Positions 28,961-38,141 of a stretch of 64,000 nucleotides of DNA are shown piece after piece. Origin of the DNA: an uncultured Prevotella sp. (GTDB lineage: Bacteria > Bacteroidota > Bacteroidia > Bacteroidales > Bacteroidaceae); assembly GCA_900554545.1 (NCBI GenBank), contig USHW01000007.1, positions 6,861 to 70,860 of the forward strand, read 5' to 3'. Under the pieces are notes generated by a model. That model was given only the letters and a program-made list of their open reading frames with translations. It searched no databases and was not told the origin of the DNA. Made by a program: the position numbers and the translations under genes. Each line of letters starts with the position of its first letter. Position 1 is the first letter of the stretch.

Positions 28961-28968
28961 TAATTTTG
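28961..28968 (+). promoter_or_regulatory. -7 promoter element for cobB
   Basis: TAATTTTG; a divergent element for fklB lies at 28910-28917. Confidence 0.5.
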
Positions 28969-28989
28969 TGGAAAGAAGAGAAGATTAGG

Positions 28990-29222
28990 AGTTATAGAAG
29001 TTAAAGAAGTTATCGCTCGCTGCACTCGCTAAGAAGTTAAAGCCATAACCTTTGTCAGTTGACAAGAAACGAGAGACAAGTTGACAAGGGACGATAAACA
29101 AGCTGACAAGTGGCAAGAGGCAAGCTGACAAGTGACGAGGAAAGAGTAGGCAGCAAACTAAGGTAATGGCTTTAACTTCTTAGCGAGCGCAGCGAGCGAT
29201 AACTTCTTTAACTTCTATAACT
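28990..29222. repeat. Large family H fold-back element (63-bp arms) with nested GACAAG repeats
   Basis: Arms 28990-29052 and 29160-29222 pair at 61/63. Confidence 0.92.
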
Positions 29223-29241
29223 TCCCCAAAAAGAATTGAAC

Positions 29242-29946
29242 ATGAAAAAACTCTTTGTCCTTACCGGTGCGGGAATGTCTGTCGAGAGCGGACTGAGCAC
29301 CTTCCGCGACGCCGACGGCCTGTGGGAGAACTACCCCGTGGCGCGCGTCGCAACGCATGAGGCATGGCTGCAAGACCCTGTCTACGTAAACAACTTCTAC
29401 AACATGCTGCGCAAGAAACTGCTGGAGGCGAAACCGAACGAGGGCCACCGCCTCGTGGCCGCGCTCGAACGGAAATATGACGTCACCGTGGTGACGCAGA
29501 ATGTTGACAACCTGCACGAGGAGGCAGGCAGCTCGCGCGTAATCCATCTGCACGGGGAACTGATGAAGACGTGCTCCAGCCGCGACGTTGACAACCCCCG
29601 TTACTGGCGCACGATGACGGCAGACGACATCGACGTGGCGCCCGGCGAGAAGGCCGGCGACGGCTCGCTGCTGCGCCCGTACATAGTGTTCTTCGGCGAG
29701 GCGGTGCCCAACATCAGCGTGGCGGCTGACTACGCGCGGCAGGCCGACCTGTTTGTCATCATAGGAACGTCGCTCAACGTCTACCCGGCGGCCGGACTCG
29801 TGCAGTACGCCGCACCGTCAGTACCCGTCTACCTAATCGACCCAAAGCCCGTAATGGCCGCCGGACGGCACGACGTGCGCCACATAATGAAAGGCGCGTC
29901 GGAAGGCATGCGGGAGCTGTCGGGCATCCTTCTCGGAGACGAATGA
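29242..29946 (+). CDS. cobB: NAD-dependent deacylase (sirtuin)
   Basis: TGAGMSVESGLSTFRD, TQNVDNLHE, HLHGEL, RPYIVFFGE, GTSLNVYPAA. Confidence 0.93.
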   Translation: MKKLFVLTGAGMSVESGLSTFRDADGLWENYPVARVATHEAWLQDPVYVNNFYNMLRKKLLEAKPNEGHRLVAALERKYDVTVVTQNVDNLHEEAGSSRVIHLHGELMKTCSSRDVDNPRYWRTMTADDIDVAPGEKAGDGSLLRPYIVFFGEAVPNISVAADYARQADLFVIIGTSLNVYPAAGLVQYAAPSVPVYLIDPKPVMAAGRHDVRHIMKGASEGMRELSGILLGDE

Positions 29947-29975
29947 CAAACGGTTTCAACATGAGTCCGATATAA

Positions 29976-30055
29976 GCACACATCTGTATCAGCGGATTTG
30001 CAATCCGCTGCACAATTGTACGGCGGATTGCAAATCAACCGATACAGATGTGTGC
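29976..30055. repeat. REPIN-like doublet of GCGGATTTGCAATCCGC
   Basis: Outer IR GCACACATCTGTATC/GATACAGATGTGTGC; inner IR GATTTGCAATCCGC/GCGGATTGCAAATC. Confidence 0.75.
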
Positions 30056-30077
30056 CACACTTTCAACGTCAAGTAAG

Positions 30078-30202
30078 ATAACACATTGCAAATCAACATG
30101 TTACACATTACACTGCAAAAGGCCACCTTTTGGACGGTAAAAGGTGGCCTTTTAGCGTGCAAAAGACGGCCTTTTGCATTCCAATTTGCCGTGTTTTAAA
30201 TT
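30078..30202 (+). repeat. Family A element 4
   Basis: AATCAACATGTTA at 30091; units at 30115, 30137, 30159, 30181. Confidence 0.85.
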
Positions 30203-30305
30203 GAGAATGGAGAAATGAGAATGGAGAATTATGATTTGCTTTGTTGGCAGTCAACCTCAAAGGTAATCATAATTCTCCATTCTCATTTCTCCATTCTCAA
30301 TTTAA
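30196..30305. repeat. Family H fold-back element, perfect 41-bp arms of GAGAATG heptamers
   Basis: Arms 30196-30236 and 30265-30305; loop TGCTTTGTTGGCAGTCAACCTCAAAGGT. Confidence 0.92.
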
Positions 30306-30410
30306 CATGCACTTAAAATATCGCATTTCGTTTCACCGTATGCGATATTTTTCTTATTTTTGCGCCAATATGTGAAATATGGAAAACAACAAACAAACAT
30401 ACGAAAAGAC

Positions 30411-32396
30411 ATGGAAGACTTGGAAAAAGGCGGAATGCAGTTGCCTGACAACGCATTCCGCGAACTGAAAGAGGGCGAGGAATACCGCCCTGTGATGGAC
30501 CCGCGCAAGGCCTACCCCGAAGTTAACGGATGGTCGGTGACGTGGGGTGTGCTCATGACGATACTCTTCTCGGCTGCCGCCGCATACCTCGGCCTGCGCG
30601 TGGGACAGGTGTTCGAGGCCGCCATACCTATCGCCATAATCGCCGTGGGAGTGTCTACCGCCGCCAAACGGCGCAACCCTCTCGGCGAGAACGTCATCAT
30701 ACAGAGCATCGGAGCATGCTCGGGCGCAGTGGTGGCGGGCGCCATCTTCACCCTGCCGGCAATCTACATACTTGAAGACAAGTATCCCGGCATGGGCGCG
30801 TCGTTCGTCGAGATATTCCTCAGCTCGCTCCTCGGAGGCGTCCTGGGCATACTGTTCCTCATCCCGTTCCGCAAGTATTTCGTGAGCGACATGCACGGGA
30901 AATACCCCTTCCCCGAAGCCACCGCCACCACGCAGGTGCTCGTAAGCGGAGCAAAGGGCGGACAGCAGGCCAAGCCCTTGCTGCTGGCCGGACTGGTGGG
31001 CGGACTGTATGACTTCATCGTGGCCACCTTCGGATGGTGGAACGAGAACTTCACCACGCGCGTAATCGGCCTCGGCGAGATGCTGGCCGACAAGGCAAAG
31101 CTCGTGTTCAAGGTAAACACCGGCGCGGCGGTGCTCGGCCTCGGCTACATCGTCGGACTGAAATACGCCCTCATCATCTGCCTCGGCTCGCTGGCGGTAT
31201 GGTGGCTCATAGTGCCGCTTATGGCCGTACTGTTCGACAGCCAAGTGCTCAACCAGTGGGACCCGGCCATCGCCACCGCCGTAGGTGACATGTCGCCGGA
31301 GCAGATTTTCACCTCTTACGGCAAGTACATCGGCATAGGCGGCATAGCCATGGCCGGCATCATAGGCATCATCAACTCGTGGGGCATCATAAAGAACGCC
31401 GTCAGCCTGGCGGCACGCGAGATGCGCGGAGGCAAGAGCGACACGAAAAAAGTGCTCCGTACGCAGCGTGACATACCATTCAAGGTCATAGCCATAGGCT
31501 CTATAGCCACAATAGCAATCATCTTCCTGTTCTTCTGGTTCGGAGTGATGAAAGGCAACCTGCTCTTCGCTGTTGCCGGAATATTGCTCGTGGCTGTAAT
31601 TGCCTTCCTCTTCACAACCGTCGCAGCCAACGCGATAGCCATCGTAGGCAGCAACCCCGTGTCAGGAATGACACTGATGACGCTCATCCTCGCATCCGTA
31701 ATAATGGTGGCCGTAGGGCTTAAAGGCACAGGCGGCATGGTGGCCGCGCTCATCATGGGCGGCGTGGTATGCACCGCGTTGTCGATGTCGGGAGCGTTCA
31801 TCACCGACCTGAAAATAGGCTACTGGCTCGGCACCACGCCCAAAAAGCAGGAAACATGGAAGTTCCTCGGCACGTTGGTGTCGGCCGCTACAGTCGGCGG
31901 AGTGATGATTTTGCTTGACAAGACATACGGTTTCGCCAGCGGACAGTTAGCCGCTCCGCAGGCCAACGCCATGGCGGCGGTCATCGACCCGCTGATGAAC
32001 GGCGTGGGCGCCCCGTGGATTTTATACGGCATAGGCGCACTCATAGCCATCATCCTGACACTGTTCAAAATCCCTGCACTGGCCTTCGCCCTCGGCATGT
32101 TCATCCCGATAGAGCTTAACATTCCGCTGCTCGTGGGCGGAGCAGTCAACTGGTATGTCACATCCCGTTCCAAAGACGCAGCCGTAAACAAGGCTCGCGG
32201 AGAGAAAGGCACGCTCATCGCCAGCGGCTTCATCGCCGGAGGAGCGCTCATGGGAGTAGTAAGCGCGCTGCTGCGCTTCGCCGACATCAACCTTGTCAAC
32301 GCCGAATGGCTTGCCAATCCGCTGTCGCAGGTATGCGCACTCGTGGCATACGTGCTGCTAATCACTTACTTTATAAAAGCAACAAAGAAAAGGTGA
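30411..32396 (+). CDS. OPT family oligopeptide transporter
   Basis: AYLGLRVG, ENVIIQ, YPFPEATA, NPVSGM, DLKIGYWLG, APQANAM; many TM helices. Confidence 0.93.
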   Translation: MEDLEKGGMQLPDNAFRELKEGEEYRPVMDPRKAYPEVNGWSVTWGVLMTILFSAAAAYLGLRVGQVFEAAIPIAIIAVGVSTAAKRRNPLGENVIIQSIGACSGAVVAGAIFTLPAIYILEDKYPGMGASFVEIFLSSLLGGVLGILFLIPFRKYFVSDMHGKYPFPEATATTQVLVSGAKGGQQAKPLLLAGLVGGLYDFIVATFGWWNENFTTRVIGLGEMLADKAKLVFKVNTGAAVLGLGYIVGLKYALIICLGSLAVWWLIVPLMAVLFDSQVLNQWDPAIATAVGDMSPEQIFTSYGKYIGIGGIAMAGIIGIINSWGIIKNAVSLAAREMRGGKSDTKKVLRTQRDIPFKVIAIGSIATIAIIFLFFWFGVMKGNLLFAVAGILLVAVIAFLFTTVAANAIAIVGSNPVSGMTLMTLILASVIMVAVGLKGTGGMVAALIMGGVVCTALSMSGAFITDLKIGYWLGTTPKKQETWKFLGTLVSAATVGGVMILLDKTYGFASGQLAAPQANAMAAVIDPLMNGVGAPWILYGIGALIAIILTLFKIPALAFALGMFIPIELNIPLLVGGAVNWYVTSRSKDAAVNKARGEKGTLIASGFIAGGALMGVVSALLRFADINLVNAEWLANPLSQVCALVAYVLLITYFIKATKKR

Positions 32397-32483
32397 GAAG
32401 GTGAAAAAGTGAGAAGGTGAGAAAGAATTGCTTTATTTGGCTTTTCTTTCTCACCTTCTCACTTTTTCACCTTCTCACCTTTT
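32388..32483. repeat. Family H fold-back element, perfect 40-bp arms of AGGTGAGA octamers
   Basis: Arms 32388-32427 and 32444-32483; loop starts TTGCTTT. Confidence 0.92.
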
Positions 32484-32486
32484 ACA

Positions 32487-34460
32487 TCACGCATCGATAT
32501 TAGCATAAGTGGCGTTCTCCTCTATGAACTGGCGGCGAGGCTCCACATCGTCACCCATGAGCATTGAGAATATCTCGTCGGCCTCGGCCGCATTCTCGAT
32601 GGTTACCTGCTTCAGGAGACGCGTTTCGGGGTTCATGGTCGTTTCCCAGAGCTGTTCCGGGTTCATCTCTCCAAGACCTTTGTAACGCTGTGTATGGATG
32701 CTCTTGCCGTCATCTACGCCCTCTCCGTACTTGTCGAGGAAGGCCTGACGCTGCTGATCGGTGTAACAGTACTCCTTGACCTTGTTCTTATACGTGCAGA
32801 GGTAAAGCGGCGGAGTGGCGATATACAAGTGGCCTTCCTGTATTACCTTCGGCATGAAGCGGTAGAAGAGTGTCATTATAAGGGTGTCGATGTGTGAACC
32901 ATCGACGTCGGCGTCGGTCATTATGATGATTTTGTCGTACCTCAGCTTGTCGATATTGGCCTCCTTGTCGTCCTCGCCGTCAACGCCGAAGCGCACGCCG
33001 ATGCTCTGGATGATGTTCATTACCGACTCGCTCTCGAACACCTTGTGCCACATCACCTTCTCCACGTTGAGGATTTTACCGCGCAAAGGCAGTATGGCCT
33101 GCGTGAAGCGGTTGCGTCCCTGCTTGGCCGAACCGCCCGCCGAGTCACCCTCGACAAGGAAAATCTCGCACTCCTTGGGGTCTTTGTTGGAGCAGTCAGC
33201 CAGCTTTCCGGGCAGTCCGCCGCCGCTCATGGGGTTCTTTCTCTGCACGCTTTCACGCGCCTTACGCGCCGCGATGCGCGCCGTTGCGGCAAGGATTACC
33301 TTGTCACATATTTGCTTCGCCTCCTTCGGATGCTCCTCCAAGTAGTATGAAAGGGCCTCAGACACGGCCTGGCGCACGGCTCCCGTCACCTCACTGTTGC
33401 CTAACTTGGTCTTCGTCTGGCCTTCAAACTGCGGCTCGGCGACCTTGATTGATATTACGGCGGTCAAGCCCTCGCGGAAGTCTTCGCCAGCGATTTCGAT
33501 TTTGGCCTTCTCTATCTGCTTGGAGATTGCAGGGTCGGCGTCGGCATACTTCTTAAGAGTTGACGTCAGTGCCATGCGAAACCCGACGAGATGTGTACCG
33601 CCTTCTATGGTGTTGATGTTGTTTACGTAAGAGTGGATGTTCTCGCTGTAATCGGTGTTATACATCACCGCCACCTCGATAGGTATGCCCTGCTTCTCGG
33701 TCTTGAGGTAGATTACGTCGTCGAAGAGGTGTGTACGGTGGCGGTCGATGTAGCGGACGAACTCCTTGAGGCCGTCAACGGCGTGGAACACCTCCTGCTT
33801 TGTCTTTCCCTCCTCGTCGGGACGAAGGTCGGTAAGCGTTATTTTTATACCGGCGTTGAGGTACGCCAGCTCGCGCATGCGCTTGGCTATGATGTCGTAT
33901 TTGTAAACAGTCGTGGTGAAGATTGTGGGGTCCGGCCAGAACTGCTGACGCGTTCCGCGCAGCTCTGTCTCGCCGACAACCTTTACGGGGTACAGCGGCT
34001 TGCCCTTCTCGTATTCCTGCTGGTAGATTTTTCCGTCACGGAACACCTGCGAGAGCATGTGCGTTGACAGCGCGTTGACGCACGATACGCCCACGCCGTG
34101 CAGACCGCCTGAAACCTTATATGAGCCTTTGTCAAACTTGCCTCCGGCGTGGAGCACTGTCATCACGACCTCAAGAGCCGACTTGTGCAGCTTCTTGTGC
34201 TCGTCAACAGGTATGCCTCGGCCGTTATCCTGAACGGTGATTGAGTTGTCCTCGTTGATTGTAACCTCTATATGTGTGCAGTACCCGGCCATGGCCTCGT
34301 CGATAGAGTTGTCCACGGTCTCGTTGACCAGGTGGTGCAAACCTTTCTCGCTGATGTCGCCTATGTACATCGCCGGGCGCTTGCGCACGGCTTCAAGCCC
34401 CTCAAGCACCTGGATGTTACTGGCCGAATAATTGTTCTCGTTGATTTGATTTTCTGCCAT
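32487..34460 (-). CDS. gyrB: DNA gyrase subunit B
   Basis: LEAVRKRPAMYIG, GGLHGVG, EGDSAGG, PLRGK, DADVDG, RYKGLGEM. Confidence 0.97.
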   Translation of the reverse strand: MAENQINENNYSASNIQVLEGLEAVRKRPAMYIGDISEKGLHHLVNETVDNSIDEAMAGYCTHIEVTINEDNSITVQDNGRGIPVDEHKKLHKSALEVVMTVLHAGGKFDKGSYKVSGGLHGVGVSCVNALSTHMLSQVFRDGKIYQQEYEKGKPLYPVKVVGETELRGTRQQFWPDPTIFTTTVYKYDIIAKRMRELAYLNAGIKITLTDLRPDEEGKTKQEVFHAVDGLKEFVRYIDRHRTHLFDDVIYLKTEKQGIPIEVAVMYNTDYSENIHSYVNNINTIEGGTHLVGFRMALTSTLKKYADADPAISKQIEKAKIEIAGEDFREGLTAVISIKVAEPQFEGQTKTKLGNSEVTGAVRQAVSEALSYYLEEHPKEAKQICDKVILAATARIAARKARESVQRKNPMSGGGLPGKLADCSNKDPKECEIFLVEGDSAGGSAKQGRNRFTQAILPLRGKILNVEKVMWHKVFESESVMNIIQSIGVRFGVDGEDDKEANIDKLRYDKIIIMTDADVDGSHIDTLIMTLFYRFMPKVIQEGHLYIATPPLYLCTYKNKVKEYCYTDQQRQAFLDKYGEGVDDGKSIHTQRYKGLGEMNPEQLWETTMNPETRLLKQVTIENAAEADEIFSMLMGDDVEPRRQFIEENATYANIDA

Positions 34461-34540
34461 TTTCAAATTAATGTATATTGACTTGCAAAAGTAGTAAAAA
34501 AAACCAACATGGCGAAATTTTAATTCTTAAAAACTATTTT

Positions 34541-34663
34541 ACAAGTTGACAAGGAACGAGGGACAAGCAGACAAGGAACAAGGGACAAGTTGACGAGGAA
34601 CAAGGGACAAGTTGACAAGGAACGAGGGACAAGTTGACGAGGAACGAGGGACAAGTTGACAAG
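34541..34663 (+). repeat. Tandem repeat, 22-bp unit ACAAGTTGACAAGGAACGAGGG, about 5.6 copies
   Basis: Five full units and a 13-nt partial, 0-3 substitutions each, no spacers. Confidence 0.92.
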
Positions 34664-34704
34664 CCCCCTTTTCACCTTTTCACCCCTTCACCTTTTCACC
34701 TTTC

Positions 34705-34819
34705 CATAACTACTTGACAATCAGCGGCGTTGCAAAAGGCCGTCTTTCAGGCTGCAAAAGACGGTCTTTTACACGCTAAAAGGCCACCTTTTGGAATGCA
34801 AAAGGTGGCCTTTCGTAAA
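34705..34819 (+). repeat. Family A element 5
   Basis: TAACTACTTGACAATCAG, then units at 34732, 34754, 34776, 34798. Confidence 0.87.
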
Positions 34820-34838
34820 ACAGGTAAAAAGTACAGGG

Positions 34839-36620
34839 TTATTCAACGACTATCATCGTCCAGTATTTCAGCGACGGCAGGGTGAACACCACCTCGCCAC
34901 CGGCCTGCTTGAACGGCAGTTCTTGCACGGCGCCTCCAAGCGCATCGGGCGTAGCCACCCATATTTTGTTGACCTTCGCCGTTGCTTTCATGCGCAAGGG
35001 CAGGCCCTCGACAAGGCGCGGTTCGGGCATTGTGCCGTTCATGTCGCGCCAGCTCAGGTTGTCGGCGTCCATGAAGTTGAGCAGGTGTACCACCTTCTTG
35101 TCGCCCACCTGACGCGAGAACGCGGTGACGTTGCCTATTACCGGCGGCCACGCGGCCACCTTAACGTCTGACGTCGAGCTTACTCCAGCCTCTGTCTCAG
35201 TGCCTCCGCCGCGCAGAAGGTTCTGGTAAGCGGTCATAAAGTCGTAGTATCTTACGATGGCGTCCCTAAGCTCCTGCGACATCGTGAGGTTGTCGTTGGG
35301 GAAGTATTCCTTGCACAACATGTGGTCGCCAAGTTCAAGGTGAGAGCCTCCGAGGGCGAACATCACGGCGTCGGTGAGCAGCACTCCGGGCGTGTTGAAC
35401 TCGCCCGGGTTGTCCGCCTTGGTGTAGTTCATGTATGCGGCGAACACCGTCTGCAGGTCATGCCGGCCGTAAAGCTCGTTGTTGTGGATGATGTCGCGTA
35501 TCGAGCTGAACGACGCCTCGCTGTCCCACAGCTCGTTGTAGAGGAAGTCAACGTCGCCCTGGGCTATCGAGTAAGTGCCGTAGCTGCTCACGGCGTTCAT
35601 GACGAGGCGCTTGTCGGGACGGCGCTCCTTCATGGCCTTTACGAACGACTCGTAGCCCAGCTGCAGGTTGGCCTTGCCGCCGTCGTAGGTGTACAGGTTG
35701 CCACGGTCGCCCAGCTGGTCGATTTGGTAACCGTCAAAGTCGAAGTTGGCGTACACGTCGTCGTTCCTGTCGCCTATGTACTGATGCCACTCCTTGTTGG
35801 CAGGGTTGACGAGATAGATGTCGCTCTTCCACGAGTCGGGCAGGTCGTGGCTGTCCTTCTGGCTGTGCTTTGTGTCCTTGAACAGATACCATTCTTCCTT
35901 CACTCCGTCCTGCGCGGCGTCTGACAGCGCGCCGAAACAGAGGTTGTAGAACATGGCCTTCATGCCGTAAGAGTGCTGCACGTCGATGTACTTCTTTATT
36001 ACCGACGTGTAGACGTCGCGGTTCGCAATGTCCTTGTACACCTCGTCAAGCTTGTCGCGCGTGCCGCCGAGCGGCCAGTGGTGCTTGTTGTGCCAGTCCT
36101 GGAACTGCACTCCGTTGATATGGCAGCGGTTGAGGAATGCCATCTCCTGCTCTATCACGCCGTCGGCGGTCTTCGATGCGTCGAACGTTGCAACGAAGCC
36201 GTAGCGCGGGAAGCGCGTCCAGTCGCTCGAAACGTCAACGCCTATCGTGCCGAGCACGGTCTCCGAGCCGTCGCTTTCAGTGCGGTAAACGTCTACAAGA
36301 TAGCCTGTGAAGTCGGCGTCGGGCGCAGTCCACGTCCACGTCTGGCCGCTTGCGGCCTGCTCGGCCACGACCTCCGTCTGCGTGCGGTAGCGCACCTTGG
36401 CGTCAGCCGGGACTGTTCCCACTGCGGTGAACGTCACCGTTTCGCCGGGCTTGTAGCACGCCTTGTCGGTAGAAAGGCTAACGGTGAGGCTGGCGTTCAC
36501 CTTCACCACGTCGGTCACTTCGCCCGTAATGTCGGTTTCGGGCTTTGCTGTCACGTTGTCATCGTCGCTGCACGCCCACATTGCCATCAGTGCAACGACC
36601 GAATATATCAGTTTTCTCAT
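34839..36620 (-). CDS. GH66 dextranase-like surface lipoprotein
   Basis: Lipobox MWAC-SDDD; LSTDKACYKPGE, DVSSDWTRFPRYG, FDGYQIDQLG, GGSHLELG, EYFP. Confidence 0.88.
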   Translation of the reverse strand: MRKLIYSVVALMAMWACSDDDNVTAKPETDITGEVTDVVKVNASLTVSLSTDKACYKPGETVTFTAVGTVPADAKVRYRTQTEVVAEQAASGQTWTWTAPDADFTGYLVDVYRTESDGSETVLGTIGVDVSSDWTRFPRYGFVATFDASKTADGVIEQEMAFLNRCHINGVQFQDWHNKHHWPLGGTRDKLDEVYKDIANRDVYTSVIKKYIDVQHSYGMKAMFYNLCFGALSDAAQDGVKEEWYLFKDTKHSQKDSHDLPDSWKSDIYLVNPANKEWHQYIGDRNDDVYANFDFDGYQIDQLGDRGNLYTYDGGKANLQLGYESFVKAMKERRPDKRLVMNAVSSYGTYSIAQGDVDFLYNELWDSEASFSSIRDIIHNNELYGRHDLQTVFAAYMNYTKADNPGEFNTPGVLLTDAVMFALGGSHLELGDHMLCKEYFPNDNLTMSQELRDAIVRYYDFMTAYQNLLRGGGTETEAGVSSTSDVKVAAWPPVIGNVTAFSRQVGDKKVVHLLNFMDADNLSWRDMNGTMPEPRLVEGLPLRMKATAKVNKIWVATPDALGGAVQELPFKQAGGEVVFTLPSLKYWTMIVVE

Positions 36621-36624
36621 GTAC

Positions 36625-38118
36625 TTACTGTTTTGCTATTGTTATTGTTTCGGTGAGCTGGTTGAGCGTAATATTATACGTACCGGCCTCTGCTATCTTC
36701 CATTTGTTGTCAACGTTCATAATGTCCGTTGTGAGGTATTGCGCCTTCAGGGCGTCGCTCTTCTTGTCTATGAAGAGGGCTTTCTCCTCCTGTCCGGTAG
36801 GTGCGGCTCCGTTCTCGGCGGACATGAACCATGCTCCGTTCCAGTCGCTGCTCCTGTCGCAGGTGAACTTCAGTTCTCCGGCGTTGAGTGTTCCCGTCCA
36901 TGTCATAACGTATGGGTTGGACTCGTCCTTCGTCATCGGCACGGCATCGTCGAGCGACCAGCCGCCCGGCGCTGCGTCACCGACAAGCCATATCGTCTCG
37001 TATGGCGTGAACACGCTCATCAGCATGCGCTCGTTGCCGCTGCGTATGTCAAGGCATATCTTGTAAGCCTTGCCTAATTCGTCGGACTTCAGGCGCCATT
37101 TGTTGTCGGGGTCGAAGCCCGGCACGAACTCGACTGACGAGTCGGTATAGGGCGCATCGGGCTGTGTGGCCTTGTAGTTGTTCTCCCAACTGCCGCTCGC
37201 CGTCGCGAACTTGAAGTCGCCTTCGTTGTTGAATTCGGCTCCGTAACGGAACAGGAAGGGGTCAAGAGCATCCTGCGTCATTGGCTTGAAGCTGTAGCCG
37301 TCCATGCCGTCGATGAACCATATCGCGTCGTATGGCGGCGTCACGCCGTCAGACTTGACCGTAGTGATTGTGCCGTCGAGCAGGTTCAGGGTGATGGTAT
37401 AGTCGTGGGCTTCGGTTATTTCAAAGAGATTGTCGGGCTGGTCGGCCTGCGTGCGCAAAACGAGTTGTCCGTCGTCGCCGCGGTTGTAGGAAGGAAGTTC
37501 CTCGCCGAGAGTGGTTATGAACTTGTACGTACCTGCCTTCATGTAGCCCGTATAGGTAAACTGTCCGTTGTCGGTGCGCGTCATCTCCTCGGCGTTCGAC
37601 AGGTCGGTGCCGCCCGGTGTGGCCGTTCCTGTAACATAAAGGGTGGTTGTTACGGGTTCGTATGATGTGACATTCAACTGCGCTGTGGCCGTCTGCACCT
37701 CGTCAACACCGGCCACAACGGCCGTGACACGGGCCTCAACGGCATAACGGTTGTCGGCCTTCACGCCGAAATTGTCACGCAATATGGAGTTAAGTTGCTC
37801 CACCGTAGCCGACCATTCATACTGCTGCGTCATTTCCTCGGCCGCCACATACGGCTCGGCGAAGTTCGTTCCGGCCTCGGCCAGTTCGAGTTTGTAGGTT
37901 ATGCGGTTGCCCGTGCCGTGGTTGGTGCCGCTCGTCCATGTCAGCGTCAGCGCGTTGTCAGAGTGGCTTGCCTCGTCAAGCGTTATGTCGGTGGCGTTTG
38001 CCGTGATGGCGAGTTCAGTCTCGCCTTTGTTCAGTTCGGTGTAATCGTCGTCGGCACAAGCGCCCAGCAAGGCACAGCCGAGCATAAGAAGCACCGGTCT
38101 CAATATATGTCTTTTCAT
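36625..38118 (-). CDS. SusE/SusF-like surface glycan-binding lipoprotein
   Basis: Lipobox LGAC-ADDD; LTLTWT; repeated LVGDAAPGGW...KF modules; GTYNITLN. Confidence 0.85.
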   Translation of the reverse strand: MKRHILRPVLLMLGCALLGACADDDYTELNKGETELAITANATDITLDEASHSDNALTLTWTSGTNHGTGNRITYKLELAEAGTNFAEPYVAAEEMTQQYEWSATVEQLNSILRDNFGVKADNRYAVEARVTAVVAGVDEVQTATAQLNVTSYEPVTTTLYVTGTATPGGTDLSNAEEMTRTDNGQFTYTGYMKAGTYKFITTLGEELPSYNRGDDGQLVLRTQADQPDNLFEITEAHDYTITLNLLDGTITTVKSDGVTPPYDAIWFIDGMDGYSFKPMTQDALDPFLFRYGAEFNNEGDFKFATASGSWENNYKATQPDAPYTDSSVEFVPGFDPDNKWRLKSDELGKAYKICLDIRSGNERMLMSVFTPYETIWLVGDAAPGGWSLDDAVPMTKDESNPYVMTWTGTLNAGELKFTCDRSSDWNGAWFMSAENGAAPTGQEEKALFIDKKSDALKAQYLTTDIMNVDNKWKIAEAGTYNITLNQLTETITIAKQ

Positions 38119-38141
38119 GTTGTCGGTATTTAGTTGTAAGA

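Noticed and set aside
29242..29946. Sirtuin (or dgt at 48744) as an anti-phage effector
   Set aside because: Both look like standard housekeeping CobB and Dgt in core context, with no defence partners.
34541..34663. Possible CRISPR array
   Set aside because: Units abut with no unique spacers and there are no cas genes; it is a simple tandem repeat. The same applies to the family A arrays.
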